From IMG/VR virus record IMGVR_UViG_3300020147_000001, positions 2,724-66,723 of that record: a stretch of 64,000 nucleotides of DNA. One strand, given 5' to 3'. The stretch comes from a virus. Of the stretch, positions 59,822 through 64,000 are shown in pieces (positions within the stretch are counted from its first letter, which is position 1; each line of letters starts with the position of its first letter). Below the pieces are notes generated by a model that saw nothing but the letters and a program-made list of their open reading frames with translations, was not told the DNA's origin and ran no database searches. The position numbers and the translations under genes are program-made.

Positions 59822-59959
59822 TGCTGCTGAATGCAGAGGGGCATTACATCGAATTGTAATCGAGAGGTCGTCGGTTCGAGTCCGACCGGCTCCCGCGAGG
59901 GAGCCGTAGCTCAGGTGGTAGAGCGCTAAAGTATGTCCTTCGATCACCGGTCAGTGGCG
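59822..59959 (+). ncRNA. Y RNA-like (YrlA-type) unit 3, with a permuted tRNA-Thr(UGU)-like body
   Basis: tgctgctga/tcagtggcg stem; ATTGTAA loop, T arm, acceptor stem closed by GCGA, TAGCTCAGGTGGTAGAGC D arm. Confidence 0.85.
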
Positions 59960-60015
59960 CTAACGTTTTCACGTCCGTTCGGCAGTTGAAACCTCGTGCT
60001 TCATGTCACACCCCC

Positions 60016-60065
60016 GTCGTGCGGAGCTGTCTGCAGACCACCCTTTGTGGGCAGCTCCGCGCGAC
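60016..60065 (+). other. 22-bp RNA hairpin inside the Y RNA array
   Basis: Uninterrupted pairing including several G-U pairs on the + strand. Confidence 0.65.
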
Positions 60066-60079
60066 ACCCTTCCGAGTTT

Positions 60080-60222
60080 GGTCACGAATGCAGCAAGGAT
60101 TACATCGCTTTGGGAGCCGGATGTCGTGGGTTCGAATCCCACACCCCTGGCCTACACCTGACAGGGGTTAGCTCAGCCTGGATAGAGCGCCGTAACGTAT
60201 CTTTGCGATTCCGGTCGTGACC
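60080..60222 (+). ncRNA. Y RNA-like (YrlA-type) unit 4, with a permuted tRNA-Pro(UGG)-like body
   Basis: ggtcacga/tcgtgacc stem; TTTGGGA loop, T arm, acccctg/caggggt acceptor stem, TAGCTCAGCCTGGATAGAGC D arm. Confidence 0.85.
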
Positions 60223-60235
60223 GTTGTTTTTGTAG

Positions 60236-60700
60236 ATGAAGGCGTCTTTTGTAACCGGCAGCCGTTGGTGGCCCCTCACCGCACCTGACCGTCACCCGAT
60301 CCACGACGCATTGCTTGGCACCGAGCTCCTCATCGTGGGCGACTGCCGCACTGGCGTCGATGCGATCGCGCTCGACTGGGCGCTCGCGAACGACTGCATC
60401 GTGCGCGTGTACTGCGCGTCCCTGGCGCGCTTCGAAGCGTTGCGCGTGACCCCCGGCATACACGTCGAGCTCACTGTGGCGCTTGAGCTTGCGCGCGCGT
60501 GGGACACGCGAAAGGGCAAAGTCGCGGGCCCCATCCGCAACCGCCGCATGGCGCACGAGGCCAAGCGCGTGGAAGCTGAAACAGGGTGCAAGGTGGACTG
60601 CTACGCGTTTCCGCTTTCGGGCTCACGCGGAACACATGACTGCATCCGTGCCATGCGCGAGGCCGGATTCACCCCCAACGTTTACAAACACGGAGACTGA
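60236..60700 (+). CDS. SLOG-superfamily (DUF2493/YspA-like) protein
   Basis: VTGSR, GDCRTGVDAIA, AGPIRNRRM, AFP..GSRGT motifs. Confidence 0.85.
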   Translation: MKASFVTGSRWWPLTAPDRHPIHDALLGTELLIVGDCRTGVDAIALDWALANDCIVRVYCASLARFEALRVTPGIHVELTVALELARAWDTRKGKVAGPIRNRRMAHEAKRVEAETGCKVDCYAFPLSGSRGTHDCIRAMREAGFTPNVYKHGD

Positions 60701-60702
60701 CC

Positions 60703-60960
60703 ATGCCGAAAGGGCACACCAAGTACACCAAATACGAATCCGAGCTGCTCAAGGCCAACAAGCAGCTGCGCAAGGCGCTTGCGCGCATGGAACGCGCCGC
60801 CACCGAGCTCGAGGCACGCCCCGACCCCGTTGTCACCCCGAAACCGGTGAAGAAGGCTCAAGCTCCGGGTCGTCAGCTTCGCCTTCCGGGTACTGTCGGT
60901 AGCCGCAAGGCGGCCAAAGCCCCTGCGAAGCCTCGGAAATCGCGCGCACAGCGTAGTTGA
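60703..60960 (+). CDS. small basic protein
   Basis: GGAG SD; Lys/Arg-rich. Confidence 0.6.
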   Translation: MPKGHTKYTKYESELLKANKQLRKALARMERAATELEARPDPVVTPKPVKKAQAPGRQLRLPGTVGSRKAAKAPAKPRKSRAQRS

Positions 60961-61101
60961 CCGCATCGTCACGGTTTTGCCCGCTGTAGACGATGTGCCC
61001 GCCGGGAAGAAGCTCTACTTCGCCGTCTACGACGGCGCACAGCCACTTCTTCTCGACGGGGTCTCGTACGAGCACGATCGCGAAGCGATCAAAGGCCGCG
61101 T

Positions 61102-61782
61102 CTAGGGCTTCCGACATGCGCTACAGGGTACCGCGTAGCCAGCTTCATTGGGGAGCTCGATGAGATGCGACACAGGGTAGTCCATCGCCACGAGGTGGTT
61201 GTACTTCGTGACCGACATGGTCTCACAACGCTCGCAGTACGCGGGGGCTTCGGGTGCCCGGTAGTTTGGTGTCGGAGCGCCCAGGGCCGCGTGCGCGCGC
61301 GCAACGGCTTCAGGGCTGATAGGGACATGCCATGGCTCGGGTGACTCAGCTTGCCTGGTCGCCCCACGCATCACGTCGGGCGTGATCGACAAGGCGCCGG
61401 CGAAGAACCCGCAAGCGTTGCCTGTGCCGATGAGCACGGGGGCCCCCATGCGCGACACGACCCGCCGGGTGAGATCGAGACCCTCGATGATGATCGCGTC
61501 GGCGCCGTAGGGCGCGGTCGCTTGCGGGAAGTGGATGGCTTGCTCGTTCAGCCAGAGCTCTCTGCAGATGTCGTAGACAAAAGCGCATTCCACGCGCTGG
61601 TAGTTTGCGTCGGCGACTTCCTCGTGCGGCCCACATGACAGGCCGACGTAGGTGCGCACGCGGTCCACAACAGGACCTGCGGGGGTGGGCTGGGTTTTGT
61701 CGAGCTTCAGGCCGACGCGGTTCGCGAACGCTTGGAGCTCGTCGAGGAGCTTATTGAACGCTTGGAGGTCTGCTTGGTCCAT
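61102..61782 (-). CDS. hypothetical protein with a tail-protein-like domain and a C-terminal Zn finger
   Basis: YQRV..AF, IHFPQATAPYG, FFAGAL; CERC...CSAC. Confidence 0.6.
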   Translation of the reverse strand: MDQADLQAFNKLLDELQAFANRVGLKLDKTQPTPAGPVVDRVRTYVGLSCGPHEEVADANYQRVECAFVYDICRELWLNEQAIHFPQATAPYGADAIIIEGLDLTRRVVSRMGAPVLIGTGNACGFFAGALSITPDVMRGATRQAESPEPWHVPISPEAVARAHAALGAPTPNYRAPEAPAYCERCETMSVTKYNHLVAMDYPVSHLIELPNEAGYAVPCSACRKP

Positions 61783-62871
61783 AGTGCCCTTTCAAGGAGG
61801 TGTGACCGCGAATGCGATGCCTAGGGCAATGAGAATGCCCAAAATCCCCGCCAGTACAATCGCAGCACGCTCACCGTTTTGCATAGACCCCGATGTAGGC
61901 AAGAATGCCTTCCATAAGGCCGATGAGATGGTTGAACTGCGCGTGCTTGGCTGCGCTCGCTGCGCGGTAGGCGTGGCCGTCGTCGTTCTTCACGTCGAGC
62001 GCATCGATCACCGCGACGCAGCGCTGCTTGTACTCCTGCAAGCCATCTTCGAGCGCCTTCGCGTGCGTGTAGCTGATGGGCAGCTTGAACGCGTAGCGCG
62101 TGTAGTTCGCGCCGTCCTGCGTCACCGACTCCACATTGACCGGCTCGGCGTCATGCCAACTCACATGGACTTTGCGGGACCCGGACTCGGTGGGTCGCTC
62201 GGCTTCGTCGGGCATGGGGGCTCCTTGGGGTGCAGGGGCTTCGTTTTGGCGGAACGACTTTTTGCGAAGTCGTCCATGACTTCTTGTCTGCGTTTTTCGT
62301 CTTCGGTCATGAACTTTGGCGCGCATTCACCGCAAGGGCCATCTTGCCACTGGACCGTCTTGGTGGGCGACGGGCAACGGCACTGTGCGATAACGCGCCC
62401 ACACGGGCGACACTTGATGACGTAGTGCATCACGATGCCTCGTACCCTCCGCCCTCGCGAGAGATGATCTTCTGCGCTTTGCGCTGCGCCGCACGCTGCT
62501 GTGCTTGGTGCACGCGGCGCTGGTGCCGATTCATCTTCCGCAGCGCGTTGATCGGCGCGAGCGGACTGTCTTTGTTGTTGTGGCACTGCGGGCACATCGC
62601 CGGCGGCACCGGGTTTGTGTCTTTGAAGCCGCAGTCCGCGCACACGCGCAACGGCTTCAGCATGTTCTTCGGCGCATAAGCCTTGGAATCATTGTAGTGC
62701 ATCACTCGTCCTTTTTCGGATCGACCCACTCACCCGTGGTGAGGTGGTCGATCAGCGGCTGCTGCAGCGGCTCGGGAAGGAGCGAGACGTGGAACACGAG
62801 GCCTTCAGCCATGGCCTTCAGTTTGGCGTCGAGCAGCTCCGCGTACACCCCCTTGGGCTTTTCGTCTTCCA

Positions 62872-63330
62872 TCATCTCCCCGAGCAGCAAGCGTTTTGGA
62901 TCGCCGCACCGGCGATAAACATCGTGATGCCCCAAAAGAGCGGGCTCTTGTACCAGCGACGTTCGCCGGCGAGCTCGGCGCGCGCCGCCCGCGCATCCGC
63001 AGCTGACAGCTCTACTTGTTCCTGCAAGTGAGCATTGGAAGACTGCAAACTAGACACGGCCGAGCGGAGCGAGGCCGTTTCTTTTTCGCGATGCGTATCG
63101 AGCATCCGGAACTTGTTCACCTGCAGCTCGAGCTCCGGGTAGACGCGCAGCTTGTAGAGCAGCTCGGGGACAGCCTCTTCCGAAAACCAGGTGCCCTTGC
63201 GCCCTTCCCACTTCACGCCCACGACGCACGTGTCGTCCGGCGTCGCGAGCTCGAGCTTCGGGCAGGCGCGCGCGTGCGTCGGCAGAAGGCTAAAAACCAA
63301 GGCTAGTGAAAGCAGCAGAGACTTCGTCAT
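62872..63330 (-). CDS. putative spanin-like protein
   Basis: Signal peptide followed by Cys, coiled coil, C-terminal TM helix. Confidence 0.45.
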   Translation of the reverse strand: MTKSLLLSLALVFSLLPTHARACPKLELATPDDTCVVGVKWEGRKGTWFSEEAVPELLYKLRVYPELELQVNKFRMLDTHREKETASLRSAVSSLQSSNAHLQEQVELSAADARAARAELAGERRWYKSPLFWGITMFIAGAAIQNACCSGR

Positions 63331-63637
63331 CCGTCATGGTCCTCAGCTTGTCGAGCGCCGCTCGCGACCCGAGCTCGACCGCGCGCTCTTGCGACGCACG
63401 AATGTCTTTTTGGAAGAGGTCGATCACGTCAGCATGCGCGTTGGCGTTCTGCATGAGCTCGGCGACGAGGGCGCCGTCACGCGCGATCCGCTCGCGGAGC
63501 TTTTGCACTTCGATGGCGTTCTGGAGCGTGGCCACCTCGTTTCGCTTCGAGCGCCAGATGTAGAACGCGCCGATGAGCGTGCCGATCCCAAGAAACCAGC
63601 CCCAGGGCAGCTTCCAAAGCCAGTAGAGGAACTTCAT
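63290..63637 (-). CDS. putative i-spanin-like membrane protein
   Basis: N-terminal TM helix with a coiled coil; overlaps the downstream gene. Confidence 0.45.
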   Translation of the reverse strand: MKFLYWLWKLPWGWFLGIGTLIGAFYIWRSKRNEVATLQNAIEVQKLRERIARDGALVAELMQNANAHADVIDLFQKDIRASQERAVELGSRAALDKLRTMTDDEVSAAFTSLGF

Positions 63638-64000
63638 GAGGCGAAGATCTTACTGCACCAAACGCAAAACCAGCGGTTTTCGCGCAGGGTCTTCATGGGT
63701 TTGCCACACACGCGACAAGTAGGTGCTTCAGTCATGGGTAGTACCTGTAGGGGTGGTACGACAGCCAGTGAGCCCATCTGTAGGCTGCGAACTCAAACAG
63801 AGCTGCAAACACCGGCACGCCAACGAACAGCCCGAGTATCCACCAAAGAAGATTGCCGATGGCGCCCGACTTGGGCTTGTCGTCCTTCTTCGGCGGACAG
63901 GGTGGATTGACTACCTGGTACGATACGCGGTTGCCCACGACGCATCGTACCAGGCGGCTGGCCTTTTTGCTTTCTAGGCAGCCTAGATGTTGCCCGTCCA

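Noticed and set aside
59585-60222. CRISPR array or ordinary tRNA cluster
   Set aside because: The repeats are short structural motifs, not identical direct repeats with spacers, and no cas genes are present. The tRNA arms are in permuted order with a closed acceptor stem and no CCA.

Overview
The window is almost entirely bacteriophage DNA: GC-rich and probably most of a roughly 65-kb podovirus-type genome. Its SSB N-terminus resembles myxobacterial SSBs, so a Myxococcota host is an inference only. Layout: (1) 1-7.3 kb, small early genes on +; (2) 7.3-12.6 kb on -, a flavin amine oxidase, an M15 peptidase endolysin, a replication initiator and an XRE regulator; (3) 12.8-18.6 kb on +, Bet/RecT, tRNA-Trp, Gp157, SSB, terD and terC; (4) 18.6-47.5 kb on -, the virion module (LamG tail fibre, internal virion proteins, nozzle, adaptor, capsid, scaffold, portal, tRNA-Asn, terminase); (5) 48-57 kb, a Dam methylase and small genes; (6) 57.5-61 kb, an RNA module. 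The RNA module is the most striking part. A Ro60/TROVE gene is followed by four Y-RNA-like units. Three contain circularly permuted tRNA bodies, and all four show a different anticodon-like loop at the same position. A SLOG gene follows the array. Divergent from ro60 is a predicted ~97-nt small RNA complementary to two leader motifs repeated through the genome: AAGGACACGCTA before early and middle genes, and a CGGGAU-loop hairpin before late genes. All calls come from reading motifs by eye; no database searches were run.
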